IMG/VR virus record: IMGVR_UViG_3300005611_000129
Span: 1-32,238 of that record
Length of the DNA stretch: 32,238 nt
Strand: one strand, 5' to 3'
From: a virus
Taxonomy: Duplodnaviria; Caudoviricetes
Position numbers and translations under genes: made by a program. Of this stretch, positions 17,701 through 26,489 are shown piece after piece (position 1 is the first letter of the stretch; every line of letters starts with the position of its first letter). Under the pieces are notes generated by a model that saw only the letters and a program-made list of their open reading frames with translations, was not told the origin of the DNA and did not search any database.

Positions 17701-19593
17701 ATTGATATTCCAAACAAGTTAGTGACTGAGTTTATCGTTAAGAACCCAGTCAAAGTGATGAAGGCTTACACTCATCGTGTTGCGCCTAAGTATGAGTTTG
17801 CTTTGAAGTTTGGCGGCAGGAATATTGAAGATGTTCTCGATGAAATGACTGAAAATATGTTTGATGCTGGCATGACTGCAAGGCAGGTTTATGCGGCAAG
17901 GAAAGATTTCCGTCATATGTATGATCGAGTTGTTGGCTCTGTTCTCAGAGATCCGACAGCAATGAATCAGCGCATTTCTAATATTATGCGCTTTGCCGCC
18001 GAGACTAATTATCTTGGTTCTGCTGGTTTCTCTACTCTGCCAGATGCCGCAAAAATAATTATGGAGCATGAGTTAGGCACAGTAACCAAAACATTATTGT
18101 CTATAGTTGAAAGTAAAGGTCTTCTTCTTGAAGGCAAAGAAGGCAAGCTAGCCGGAGAGATCTTGGAAATTGAGATGGGCAGTGCGCATATGCGTATGGT
18201 TGAAGATCTTAATAACAATCCTCTTGAGCAAGGTATTTTGGATAAGGGAAGAAATGTTGCCTATGCATTAAACCTTCTTGCTCCAATGACTAATGTAATG
18301 AAGCGTATCGAATCACTTGCTCGTGGGCATACTATTATTGATTATTCAATTAAGTATTCTCAAGGAAAGGCTAGCAAGTTTGAGGTTGAGTATCTTAATC
18401 GTTATAACATTGATAAGAACAAAGCTATTGAGATTGCTAATGCACCTTGGGAGAAAACCAAAGTTGGACTTTATTTGCCTAATACAGATGCTTGGGCTGA
18501 TGCTATTCAGTTTCCAAGCACTACAGCTAATGTAATGCGTGGTCCAACTGGCAAGTTTGTTGGCAACAGATATGTTCCAGCTTTCTTCAGAAGGAAAGAC
18601 AATACTATTCACATTGATGAAGATTATATTAGAAATACCGCATTCCCAGCAAAAGTTTGGACTCAACCAAAAGTAAAGGATGTTGAGCCTTTAGATGCAG
18701 ACGCATTTAGAACTCCTCAGGAATATATTAACTTTGTAATGATGCATGAAATTATGCACACCAAAGTAAGTGCTGGTCAACTTGGCATAGATCTTACTCA
18801 AAAAGGCGGCAAAGCGGCCTATGAAAACAAGATCAATGAGATGGCAATGTTGGAGATGAAACGCCAGAAAAGCATACAGGGCGATACTATTGCTTCGTTT
18901 AGAGAGGCAATGAACAGTGGGATTATGAACACGGTTATTATGGGGACTCCTGCTGACAAGCCAATTATTACTGATGGTGTTGTTTATTTGCCAATGTCAG
19001 TCGCCAAAAAGTTGGGCATAAAAAAAGAAGATGCGCAATATACTGGTTATGCGAGAGTAGAGAACTCTCTTATTGGGTTACCGTTCCAGTTTATGTCTTA
19101 CAGCCTTGGCGCGGCAAACAAGATAACTGCCGCCTATGCCCAGAATCAAATTAGGAATAAGACTGCTGGTGTTCTTACCTCTCTTGCTCTTGGTTATGCA
19201 GTTGTAAAATTCAAGACACCAGATTTTGTTTGGGATGAAATGAGTGCGCAAGATAAACTTGCCAGATCCATTGATGCTTCTGGTCTTGCCGCATTGTGGT
19301 CTGATTTGATGTATGAGTCTATGGCAATGTCTTCTGCTTTTGGAACGCCAGATGTTAGTATGGGCTTACTTCAACCTAAATATCCAGAGGATGATCCGTA
19401 TGCCGCAGTAATCGGTGGGGTGGGTGGTGCTGGCCCATCAATTACTTATGATCTTGCAACTGGCGTTGGACAGTTTATAAATGGCGAGTATGGCGATGGC
19501 GCAAAGAATGTAGTAAGGAATCTGCCATTTATGAGATTGTGGTTCTTAAAAGACCAGATGAATGAAATCACTCGTGGATGGGCAAGGTATTAA
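14797..19593 (+). CDS. large internal virion (ejection) protein, gp16-like, with N-terminal pesticin-type muramidase domain
   Basis: IDWDFILDKEGG..GYVP....SGVTIGGGVDLG...YPTRRNSEADYL in about the first 175 aa; 1598 aa; directly before the tail fibre. Confidence 0.85.
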   Translation: MSNIDWDFILDKEGGIKTRGYVPDAEGSQSGVTIGGGVDLGARSLKDLAGLPQAIIDKLAPFIGVRGAEAEAIANQLELTNPEAKTVTEFAKNESLEGLRKQWKKATGTDFNNLDRGKATVIASVSFQHGSLPIATPNFWRLTTTGDWEGAIQELRNFKDRYPTRRNSEADYLIEHSSDEIIKKKSKSEVALAMPSEDDAFVSEPAKDVTPVAEPQDIDATSVETVSIPEAQVDEGYDDSEIDSPADRIVKDIVQAPPRKPQLQMEAPPSKPQLQMDAPPMRPSVTPSKPAPGLLTTAPDSEAVEDLDQAPDAPSRVNRALINPNNFEPRIFTKPEFKADPTLLETIGALNAYTYAPIFNYLGNAFAYRDRVQKGYNPMDDMQGYEAYASSLIRAQNSEHMAEMKREIDASIKNREILYGASIGKQFVAGIFDPINIVALPFGPTVGFARSALRTGTSLAILQAGQEAIRAPFDPVGTKEEVALNIGSAFVSGMALGGLVSIPLGIRSRAIKNTANELDQMVKVLDEAEVDVSQFGVPTKERPFANIRQDALEARVKRLPNRIDFLIKQLDEIQSNLDSAIGKVAKEQGVRMDIAQNIVNGQVRGIARAIDEYKIELSSLSKEADIRRKEFAAIQEAELKVPDPAGIAENAFTSSWLYRGITTPMKRFLQSKKLPTSVKLDMLRLAGDSGILLNMHKAGLNSGSSVYQAAQVWNGNWARSNRKLQDLWARDTDTANLRLLDYNTTAIARGIKSKFVPEANTYEQWLDNIGELYVKGEKNLTDLQQEAVAEIRTFYKDWEEKLSSVGLIGSRREMESRAFNIEADIEVIKGRIQKSRNKQQIEYNQARLARLENELEEIQGNIETMKEYKILPANEEDMFPRYWNKEYIKQNRARLEAVLYDWYYKNPYIFEKNLSTGKYEKKMLSRDPEMVRGRARKSVDEILGITDVADDANAFYGHGKSKHFRHRSIDIPNKLVTEFIVKNPVKVMKAYTHRVAPKYEFALKFGGRNIEDVLDEMTENMFDAGMTARQVYAARKDFRHMYDRVVGSVLRDPTAMNQRISNIMRFAAETNYLGSAGFSTLPDAAKIIMEHELGTVTKTLLSIVESKGLLLEGKEGKLAGEILEIEMGSAHMRMVEDLNNNPLEQGILDKGRNVAYALNLLAPMTNVMKRIESLARGHTIIDYSIKYSQGKASKFEVEYLNRYNIDKNKAIEIANAPWEKTKVGLYLPNTDAWADAIQFPSTTANVMRGPTGKFVGNRYVPAFFRRKDNTIHIDEDYIRNTAFPAKVWTQPKVKDVEPLDADAFRTPQEYINFVMMHEIMHTKVSAGQLGIDLTQKGGKAAYENKINEMAMLEMKRQKSIQGDTIASFREAMNSGIMNTVIMGTPADKPIITDGVVYLPMSVAKKLGIKKEDAQYTGYARVENSLIGLPFQFMSYSLGAANKITAAYAQNQIRNKTAGVLTSLALGYAVVKFKTPDFVWDEMSAQDKLARSIDASGLAALWSDLMYESMAMSSAFGTPDVSMGLLQPKYPEDDPYAAVIGGVGGAGPSITYDLATGVGQFINGEYGDGAKNVVRNLPFMRLWFLKDQMNEITRGWARY
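15562..15636 (+). repeat. 33-nt tandem repeat (about 2.3 copies) encoding APPxKPQLQM(E/D)
   Basis: 15562-15594 vs 15595-15627, partial third copy to 15636; in the Pro-rich linker. Confidence 0.85.
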
Positions 19594-19600
19594 TTGTGCG

Positions 19601-19629
19601 TTGTCCAAAAACATTAATTGATGTAGGAT
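19601..19629 (+). promoter_or_regulatory. candidate internal sigma70 promoter for the tail fibre
   Basis: TTGTCC-N17-TAGGAT, 6 nt before ATG 19636. Confidence 0.45.
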
Positions 19630-19635
19630 GCTGAC

Positions 19636-22600
19636 ATGACTATCAACATTGCCGATAACACGCCTCGCGTATCATACTCAGTGGCTGAAGGAGTTACTCA
19701 AACTTCCTTCACAGTTTCTTTTGAGTTCTTCGATGATGAAGATCTTAATGTATATGTAGATGGAACGCTCAAAACGCTTACTACAGATTATACTGTTTCT
19801 GGTGGTAGTGGCACTACTGGCACTGTCACCATATCTGTTACTGGCGGCACTGGTGGTAGCACTGTTGTTATCACACGCGACATAGAACTGGAACGCACTA
19901 CTGACTTCCCTGCTTCTGGCGCATTCCAGATTAATTCTCTTAATACTGAACTTGATCGAATTACTGCTATTGCCGCAGATCTAAATGATCTTGCTGATCG
20001 CGGCCTTCGCCTTAAAGACCAAGATGATGCTGTTTCTACTGAACTGCCATTGAAAGCAGATCGTGTTGGGCGTGTCCTTGGCTTCAATGCAACAACAGGT
20101 GTGCCGGAAGCTGGCCCACTTTTGACTGATGTTTCATCTCTTGCTAGCATTACTGCTGACATAGCCACTCTTGCGGATATTGAAGATGGCACAGATGCTA
20201 CTGATGCTATTCAAACAGTTGCTGGGATATCATCTAATGTCACCACGGTTGCTGGCATTTCTAGCAATGTTACTACTGTGGCTGGTATTAGCGCAGATGT
20301 TACTTCTGTTGCGGCTGATGCAACAGACATTGGGACTGTAGCTACAAACATTGCTTCAGTTAATACTGTGGCTGGGAACATCTCTGAGGTTATTGCTGTT
20401 GCCAATGACCTTAACGAAGCTGTTTCTGAGGTTGAGACTGTAGCCAATGACCTTAATGAGGCTGTGTCAGAGATTGAAACAGTTGCCGCATCCATTACTA
20501 ATGTCGATACAGTTGGAACAAATATATCCAATGTAAATACTGTTGCTGGCAATAGCACTAATATTAATACTGTTGCAGGGATCTCATCCAATGTGACAAC
20601 AGTAGCTGGTATCTCAGGTAATGTGACCACGGTTGCTGGTATCTCAGGCGATGTTACTGCTGTGGCGGCTGATGCCACTGACATCGGCACTGTGTCATCG
20701 AATATTGCTAACGTAAATACGGTTGCTGGCAATACAACGAATATTAACACCGTGGCTGGCATTTCAGCGAATGTCACTACTGTTGCTGGCATTTCCGCTA
20801 ACGTCACTACTGTCGCTGGGATTTCAAGTGACGTTATTGCCGTTGCCGCAGATGCAACAGATATTGGCACTGTCGCTACCAATATCGCAAACGTAAACTC
20901 TGTTGGCGGCTCGATCTCTAACGTCAACACCGTTGCAAGTAATCTTTCATCGGTCAACGACTTTGCTGACAAATATCGTATTGGTGCATCTGATCCGACA
21001 ACTGACAACGATGAAGGTGATTTATTCTACAACACCACAACGGACACGTTGAAGGTCTACACTGGCTCTGCTTGGGAGCAAGGCGTAACGGCTGGCTCTG
21101 GCTTCTTGCCTACAACTGGCGGTTCAATAACAGGCAATATTGATGTCACAGGCACAGTCACGGCTGATGGGTTGGATTTAGGAGCAACCACAGATGCGTC
21201 AACGGTATCAACAATACCGTCAGATTATCAAATACAATTAGGTTCTGCAAATAGCACAACTGGTGACATTGGAAGGAATATATCTTTTGAAACAGGCGGT
21301 GTTGTTACGGCGGCTATTAACAGTTATGACGCAGGCGCATCTTCAAGCACTGGGTTAGCGTTCTTTACTGGAACTGCCTCAACTTTGCGAAGATTTTTAG
21401 ACATAAAAAGCAACGGCGATGTGTCGCTGTATGACAGCAGTGGGGTTTCACAAGGCTTTTTCTGGGACGCCGACCAACAGCGATTGGGGCTGGGCAGTAC
21501 GGGGCCAACGCAAACATTAGATGTCAACGGCAACGCTAGGGTTGATGGCGCAATCTATCTTACTGACCGCATCTATCACGATGGCGACACAAACACATCA
21601 ATTCGCTTCCCTGCCGCAGATACAATCTCGTTAAACACTGCGGGTCAGGAGCGTGTTTACATCACATCGGGCGGCTCGGTCGGCATTGGGACTACAGGGC
21701 CGTCAAACACTTTACACATTAATGATGCCTCAAACTCAACCCCATTGCGTGTTGAGTCTGGGCAAATTGGAAGTTACATCCAGTTTGAAAATTCTACAGC
21801 AAGCGATGGTTACATTGGTTATGTAAATTCTGAACTGCGATTCTGGACAAACAACTCTCAAAAAGCTGTCATCACATCGGGCGGCGATGTCGGCATCGGG
21901 ACGAGTTCGCCGTCTGCAAACCTCCACGCCAAAAACGCCAGCGCAAACTTAGAAATCCGGCTTGACAGTGATAGTGCAAGAAATATTGTGTTTGCTGATA
22001 ATGACGGCACTTACGATGCACAGATTGAAGCACAAGCTAACGGCACACTTTTCATTGCGACACGCCAAGCACAGCCAATGCTGTTCGCTATTAACAACAG
22101 CGAAAAGATGCGGATTGATTCGTCAGGCAATGTCGGCATTGGGACAAGCAGCCCGTCTACATTCCTGCACATCGACAACGGCGGTGCAAGTGGCTCTGGT
22201 CAGGTAGATGCGGTTAGGCTTCACAATCCAGGCACAACGGCGGGTGACGGAGCTGGCATTAAGTTTTCAGCAGGAACAAGCACAACAGGTGCAGGTATCT
22301 TTGGCATAGGCCAAGCCTTAAACAGTTGTAATCTCGTGTTCCGTACTGGTGGTGATACGGAGAGGATGCGCATCGACAGCAGTGGCGTGATGACTGTCAA
22401 CAACTACGATATGACCGACACGACACCGTGGGACAACAGCGGAGCAAACTCTCAGGGCATTTCTTTCGGCGCAATTGGCGGTCTAATTGCTTCTGCTCGT
22501 CCGGGCGGTGACCCAGCCGCTTTCAACAGAACTGTAAATGACGGCACTATCGTGTTTTTCTACCAAGATGGCACTATCGAAGGCAGTATCTCTGTTGCTG

Positions 22601-23166
22601 GCACGACAGTTAGTTATAACGGTGGACACCTATCGAGATACTCGCAAACAAGCAACAGCTCAAGAGACACAAGCATCGTCAAAGGTACGGTTTTGACAAA
22701 CCTGAACACGATGTGTGAGTGGAAACAAGCGACCTTCACAACAGCCAGTGGTCAAGACAAAAAAGTTAGTTACGATGGAAATTCGGCGGCGGGGGAAACT
22801 GTGATTATTCAGTATAACGACCAAGATGTCTCCGCAACTGTTGAAATAGAAGATAACGAACAGCTTAACCGTATGGCTGTATCGTTAGTTGAAGGTGACG
22901 CAAATGTGGCTGGCGTGTTTGTAAATTGGGATGAGGATACCAACGACATGAATGTTGCAATGACTGGTGATTTTGTTATCCGCATTGCTAGCGGCACAAC
23001 AGTGGCACAAGGCAACTTGCTTATGAGTGCTGGCGATGGTACTGCTAAACCTCAGGATGATGACATCGTGCGTAGCAAGACGATTGCGAAAGTGACCAGC
23101 ACACACGTTTCACACACATATGACGATGGCTCATATCTTGTGCCTTGCGTTTTAATGGCTTGCTAA
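19636..23166 (+). CDS. tail fibre: T7 gp17-like N-terminal anchor, 10-aa repeat stalk, GNVGIGT repeats, C-terminal autocleaved chaperone-like domain
   Basis: FTVSFEFF...DYTV...LNTELD anchor; VTTVAGISSN repeats (about 20200-20960); SSGNVGIGT repeats; C-terminal GDFVIRI..GNLLMSAGDGTAKPQ..VPCVL. Confidence 0.9.
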   Translation: MTINIADNTPRVSYSVAEGVTQTSFTVSFEFFDDEDLNVYVDGTLKTLTTDYTVSGGSGTTGTVTISVTGGTGGSTVVITRDIELERTTDFPASGAFQINSLNTELDRITAIAADLNDLADRGLRLKDQDDAVSTELPLKADRVGRVLGFNATTGVPEAGPLLTDVSSLASITADIATLADIEDGTDATDAIQTVAGISSNVTTVAGISSNVTTVAGISADVTSVAADATDIGTVATNIASVNTVAGNISEVIAVANDLNEAVSEVETVANDLNEAVSEIETVAASITNVDTVGTNISNVNTVAGNSTNINTVAGISSNVTTVAGISGNVTTVAGISGDVTAVAADATDIGTVSSNIANVNTVAGNTTNINTVAGISANVTTVAGISANVTTVAGISSDVIAVAADATDIGTVATNIANVNSVGGSISNVNTVASNLSSVNDFADKYRIGASDPTTDNDEGDLFYNTTTDTLKVYTGSAWEQGVTAGSGFLPTTGGSITGNIDVTGTVTADGLDLGATTDASTVSTIPSDYQIQLGSANSTTGDIGRNISFETGGVVTAAINSYDAGASSSTGLAFFTGTASTLRRFLDIKSNGDVSLYDSSGVSQGFFWDADQQRLGLGSTGPTQTLDVNGNARVDGAIYLTDRIYHDGDTNTSIRFPAADTISLNTAGQERVYITSGGSVGIGTTGPSNTLHINDASNSTPLRVESGQIGSYIQFENSTASDGYIGYVNSELRFWTNNSQKAVITSGGDVGIGTSSPSANLHAKNASANLEIRLDSDSARNIVFADNDGTYDAQIEAQANGTLFIATRQAQPMLFAINNSEKMRIDSSGNVGIGTSSPSTFLHIDNGGASGSGQVDAVRLHNPGTTAGDGAGIKFSAGTSTTGAGIFGIGQALNSCNLVFRTGGDTERMRIDSSGVMTVNNYDMTDTTPWDNSGANSQGISFGAIGGLIASARPGGDPAAFNRTVNDGTIVFFYQDGTIEGSISVAGTTVSYNGGHLSRYSQTSNSSRDTSIVKGTVLTNLNTMCEWKQATFTTASGQDKKVSYDGNSAAGETVIIQYNDQDVSATVEIEDNEQLNRMAVSLVEGDANVAGVFVNWDEDTNDMNVAMTGDFVIRIASGTTVAQGNLLMSAGDGTAKPQDDDIVRSKTIAKVTSTHVSHTYDDGSYLVPCVLMAC

Positions 23167-23182
23167 CTAAGGAGTAAACAAA

Positions 23183-23530
23183 ATGGCAAACACATACAAC
23201 TGGGACTTTCCCCAACTGGACACCGCCCCATCCGAAGGTGGCCTGTCTGATGTCGTAAAGACAATTCACTGGCGGTTCACTGCTGTCAGCGATACAGAAA
23301 CAAATGAAAAAGGCCAGCCACTGTCAGTCAGCGCATATGGCACAGCCAGTGCTGGTGAGGCAAATGCCGATAGCTTCATTGCCTTCGACAGCATCACTAA
23401 GGACTGGTGCAAGGCCCTTGTTCTGGCATCGCTCGATAAGACTGAAGTGGAGCTTGAGGCTATGCTCAGTGAGCAAATCGAGAAGCTGGTCAATCCGCCC
23501 ATCGTGGGTAAAGTTCCAGCTGGGTGGTAG
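23183..23530 (+). CDS. tail-fibre-associated small protein (possible chaperone)
   Basis: AAGGAG SD; DVVKTIHWR...FIAFDSITKDWC..W; usually follows fibres in marine phages. Confidence 0.65.
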   Translation: MANTYNWDFPQLDTAPSEGGLSDVVKTIHWRFTAVSDTETNEKGQPLSVSAYGTASAGEANADSFIAFDSITKDWCKALVLASLDKTEVELEAMLSEQIEKLVNPPIVGKVPAGW

Positions 23531-23532
23531 CA

Positions 23533-23754
23533 ATGGAAATATCCGGCCTCATAGATATCCTCATCGGCATACTGGTCACTGGCTGTGGCTGGTGGATTAA
23601 CAATATGGCGAGTGAGCAGAAGAGGCTGGAGATTTTGCTGAACAGAACACGCGAGGATTACGCAACGAAGATGGAGTTGCGTGACGATATCAATCGCGTG
23701 ATGGAAGTCCTCCACAGGCTTGAGGACAAGATGGATAAGGTGCTGGGCAGGTGA
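23533..23754 (+). CDS. small membrane protein (N-terminal TM plus coiled coil), possibly lysis-related
   Basis: LIDILIGILVTGCGWWI then REDYATK...LHRLEDKMD. Confidence 0.7.
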   Translation: MEISGLIDILIGILVTGCGWWINNMASEQKRLEILLNRTREDYATKMELRDDINRVMEVLHRLEDKMDKVLGR

Positions 23755-23942
23755 AGGTGCTGGTCTTTATGATGGTGGTCATCCTGCCCAACGGCGATGT
23801 CTCTATCGATGCAAGACCAGTGCAATCCTGCCCAGACAAGGCTGAAGTTAATCGAGTGATGGACGCGCAGATATACAGCGGCGATATCCTTAGCTGGCAA
23901 GCGGCTTGCGACACAATGATATTGCCACTTACAGCGTCATAG
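23751..23942 (+). CDS. small hypothetical protein with hydrophobic N-terminus and a Cys pair
   Basis: GTGA overlap; 63 aa. Confidence 0.6.
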   Translation: MKVLVFMMVVILPNGDVSIDARPVQSCPDKAEVNRVMDAQIYSGDILSWQAACDTMILPLTAS

Positions 23943-23951
23943 CGTTATGAT
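23922..23951 (+). promoter_or_regulatory. sigma70-type promoter
   Basis: TTGCCA-N18-TATGAT; predicted +1 at about 23958, the base of a hairpin. Confidence 0.55.
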
Positions 23952-23957
23952 GCTATT

Positions 23958-24110
23958 GCAGGATGCCCCGCTATTGGCCATAGGGGTTTCCTGCTTCAGT
24001 TTGACAGACCCGACAGGGTTGATTAGTTGATTTTAGCTTTGGTTAATCCGTGAATAGTCCCGATAGGGCTGAATAAGCGATGTGGGTGGAAGCCCTACAA
24101 GTGCATCGCA
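23958..24110 (+). ncRNA. candidate structured small RNA (about 150 nt)
   Basis: ORF-free gap with consecutive stems (GCAGGA/TCCTGC; two CCC-GAYA-GGG; GCGATG/CATCGC), G-U pairs on the + strand, promoter upstream. Confidence 0.5.
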
Positions 24111-24124
24111 GATTGTTTCTATTG

Positions 24125-24133
24125 TGGTACAAT
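24125..24133 (+). promoter_or_regulatory. extended -10 promoter candidate for the 24182-26233 genes
   Basis: TG-g-TACAAT. Confidence 0.45.
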
Positions 24134-24181
24134 GCCCTATAAACGAGGCGTTAATAACATTGTCGTATTAGTTGTGGGACA

Positions 24182-24409
24182 TTGATTACTGTATTCATAT
24201 TGGTGATGTTTCTAGGGACAGGTGATGAACGGAGAGAGCTTAAAACGCATCTCCGTTTTTATTCTGTTACTGAGTGTAACTTCTACGCTAAGGAACTAGC
24301 GAGGCGGTTTGGGAACTACCAAGACTATGACTGGCTAGACAGGCGTGATAGAGTGACCTTGTATTGTGTGCCTGAGGAGGTAGACCCTGAGACTGTAAGA
24401 GTATACTGA
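24182..24409 (+). CDS. small hypothetical protein with hydrophobic N-terminus and a Cys pair
   Basis: TTG start; F.S..EC...A...YCVP pattern; TGATG-coupled to the next gene. Confidence 0.65.
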   Translation: MITVFILVMFLGTGDERRELKTHLRFYSVTECNFYAKELARRFGNYQDYDWLDRRDRVTLYCVPEEVDPETVRVY

Positions 24410-24855
24410 TGCTTGCTGAACTTGCCGCCGCTAATGCCGCCTTTGCCGTTATCAAGCAAGCTGTTGCCAATGGCAGGGACATATCTGCCGTAGGGTCGCA
24501 TATTGCCACCTTTATCACCAATCAGGATAATCTGCGCCGGAAGGCTGAGAAGAAGAAGCGTTCCGCCTTTCATCAGGGCAATGACTTCGAGGAGTTTATG
24601 GCCCTTGAAGCTATCCGTGAGAAAGAGGAAGAGCTAAAGCAGTACATGATATACGCCGGAAGACCCGGGCTGTGGAACGACTGGTTAAAGTTTAGCGCAC
24701 AAGCTAGGAAAGACAGGCAAGCGGCAGAAGAGAAGCGAAAAAGGGACATCAAGAAAGCCATTGAAGTCTCTGTTATAGCTTTCTTTTGCATTATCGGGTT
24801 GGGTGTGGTAGCAATATTAATCTATATTGGAATGAAGAACAGGGGGCTGTTATGA
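24409..24855 (+). CDS. membrane protein with C-terminal TM helix
   Basis: MLAELAAANAAF...EEFMALE..REKEEELK; TM near the C-terminus. Confidence 0.75.
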   Translation: MLAELAAANAAFAVIKQAVANGRDISAVGSHIATFITNQDNLRRKAEKKKRSAFHQGNDFEEFMALEAIREKEEELKQYMIYAGRPGLWNDWLKFSAQARKDRQAAEEKRKRDIKKAIEVSVIAFFCIIGLGVVAILIYIGMKNRGLL

Positions 24856-25214
24856 TTCCTATTTTAGCTAAGATCCTTGGAAGCGGTGATATTGTCAAAA
24901 AAGGAATGGACCTTATTGATGATATGGTTGTTACTTCTGAAGAAGAGATAGCCGCAAAGACTAAAGCCAAGATAGACCTGATGGGTGCTTATGCCCCATT
25001 CAAACTTGCTCAGAGATATTTAGCCTTGATGTTTACATTTACATTTTTGCTGTGCTTTGCCATTACTCTGGGCATGACTATTCTTGGTCATGGCGATACA
25101 GAATCTATTAAAGATATTCTTGACGAATATTACATTGGTGAGATTATGCTTACTATTGTGGCGTTTTACTTTGGGGGTGGCCTTGCTGAAAGCATTGGGT
25201 CAAGGAAAAAATGA
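24852..25214 (+). CDS. holin-like protein (GTA 3TM-holin type)
   Basis: ATG 24852 (ATGA overlap); two strong TM segments; ends TIVAFYFGG. Confidence 0.65.
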   Translation: MIPILAKILGSGDIVKKGMDLIDDMVVTSEEEIAAKTKAKIDLMGAYAPFKLAQRYLALMFTFTFLLCFAITLGMTILGHGDTESIKDILDEYYIGEIMLTIVAFYFGGGLAESIGSRKK

Positions 25215-26233
25215 ACAAAGACGAAGAAGCATACGAACTTCTGCAACAATACGGCACATTAGATCTAGCATCAGAGGCAAGCGGCATTGCTCGAAGCACT
25301 TTGCACGATAGAGCTAGGCGTTATGAATTGATTTTGTTGGGAGAGAAATCTGCCGAGAATATGAATTATAGTATTGAAGATAGTATTGCTGATGATATCC
25401 CAATAGAGGATGTGATTGAGCATCTTCATGCTAGGTTTAAGCAAAAGAAAAAGAATAAAGAATCTAAAAAGTGGATCAAGATAAAGATGAAATCGAACGA
25501 TCCTATTGGATTGCTTTGGCTTGGAGATCCGCACATTGATGACAAGCATTGTGACTGGGACAACTTAAAGAGTCACCTTCAGATAATACAATCTAACGAT
25601 AACATCTATGGCTGTTCACTAGGCGATCAACACAATAACTGGGTGGGTCGCCTTTCTCGTTTATACGGTGAGCAAGAGACATCCGCTAAAACTGCTTGGC
25701 GTTTGGTCGAGTGGTTGATTAAAGAAATGAATCCAATGATTCTTATCGGCGGCAACCACGACATGTGGTCTGGTGCAGGAGACCCATTGCGCTGGATTTC
25801 AGAGCCGCACACGGTCTTTGAGGACTGGGAAGCTAGAATCCAACTAGACTTTCCTAATGGGCGTCAGTGCCGCATACACGCCGCTCATGATATGCCGGGG
25901 CATTCTCAGTTTAATGCGCTTCATGGCCAAGGAAAGATGGCAAAGCTGAAGGGGACTGCTGATCTTTATATTAGTGGGCATAGACACAACTGGGGTTTGT
26001 CCCATATTGAATTAGTAGAGCAGGAAAAGACTGCTTGGCTGGCAAGAGCAAGGGGTTATAAATACTTTGACAACTTTGCTTTTACCAAAGGCTTTGAACA
26101 ACAGAAATTTGGTCAAGCTATTATGCAGATCATCGATCCTAATAACGACTCACCTGTCTCATGGGTGCAGTGCTTTGCTGAGCCGGAGGAGGGAGCGGAA
26201 TATCTGAGGTATAGGCAATCGCTTCGGCGGTAA
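25211..26233 (+). CDS. calcineurin-like metallophosphoesterase with N-terminal HTH
   Basis: GDPH, GDQHNN, GNHD, AAHD, SGHRH motifs; ASEASGIARSTLHDR helix-turn-helix. Confidence 0.85.
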   Translation: MNKDEEAYELLQQYGTLDLASEASGIARSTLHDRARRYELILLGEKSAENMNYSIEDSIADDIPIEDVIEHLHARFKQKKKNKESKKWIKIKMKSNDPIGLLWLGDPHIDDKHCDWDNLKSHLQIIQSNDNIYGCSLGDQHNNWVGRLSRLYGEQETSAKTAWRLVEWLIKEMNPMILIGGNHDMWSGAGDPLRWISEPHTVFEDWEARIQLDFPNGRQCRIHAAHDMPGHSQFNALHGQGKMAKLKGTADLYISGHRHNWGLSHIELVEQEKTAWLARARGYKYFDNFAFTKGFEQQKFGQAIMQIIDPNNDSPVSWVQCFAEPEEGAEYLRYRQSLRR

Positions 26234-26468
26234 CTGCGCTGTATCCTGCCAGATCTACCCAAGAGTCTTCATGCGTTGGTGATTCCATCAGGCGTGAGAT
26301 CTTTACCAGCATCATCATCAGCCCTACATCGGCAACTGTATATTTGTTTCCAGTGTAGGCCTCCCATAGGGTTGCTATTCTTTCGAAGTTCTCTGATGGC
26401 TTGCCATAGTCTTCGCCTCGATCCTTGGTGGCTTTGAGTGCGTCATTGAGTATTGTTGTTCTGTTCAT
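26139..26468 (-). CDS. DUF6378-like protein (dNTP diphosphohydrolase-related)
   Basis: DRGEDYG...NFERIATLW...MMMLVKISR...HEDSWVDLAGY. Confidence 0.85.
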   Translation of the reverse strand: MNRTTILNDALKATKDRGEDYGKPSENFERIATLWEAYTGNKYTVADVGLMMMLVKISRLMESPTHEDSWVDLAGYSAVTAEAIAYTSDIPLPPPAQQSTAPMRQVSRY

Positions 26469-26489
26469 AGCTTTACTCTTGGGATGCTT

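Noticed and set aside
19788-21008. Long antisense ORFs and an array-like 30-nt periodicity in the tail fibre
   Set aside because: The repeats encode the 10-aa VTTVAGISSN stalk with synonymous variation; there are no unique spacers, so this is not CRISPR. The antisense ORFs mirror the repeats.
24001-24029. TTGACA as an additional promoter
   Set aside because: The -10 at 17-nt spacing (TAGTTG) is poor, and better promoters flank the region.
24077-24110. tRNA gene suggested by the T-arm-like stem
   Set aside because: No TTCGA loop, acceptor stem or anticodon arm can be built; kept only as part of the ncRNA candidate.
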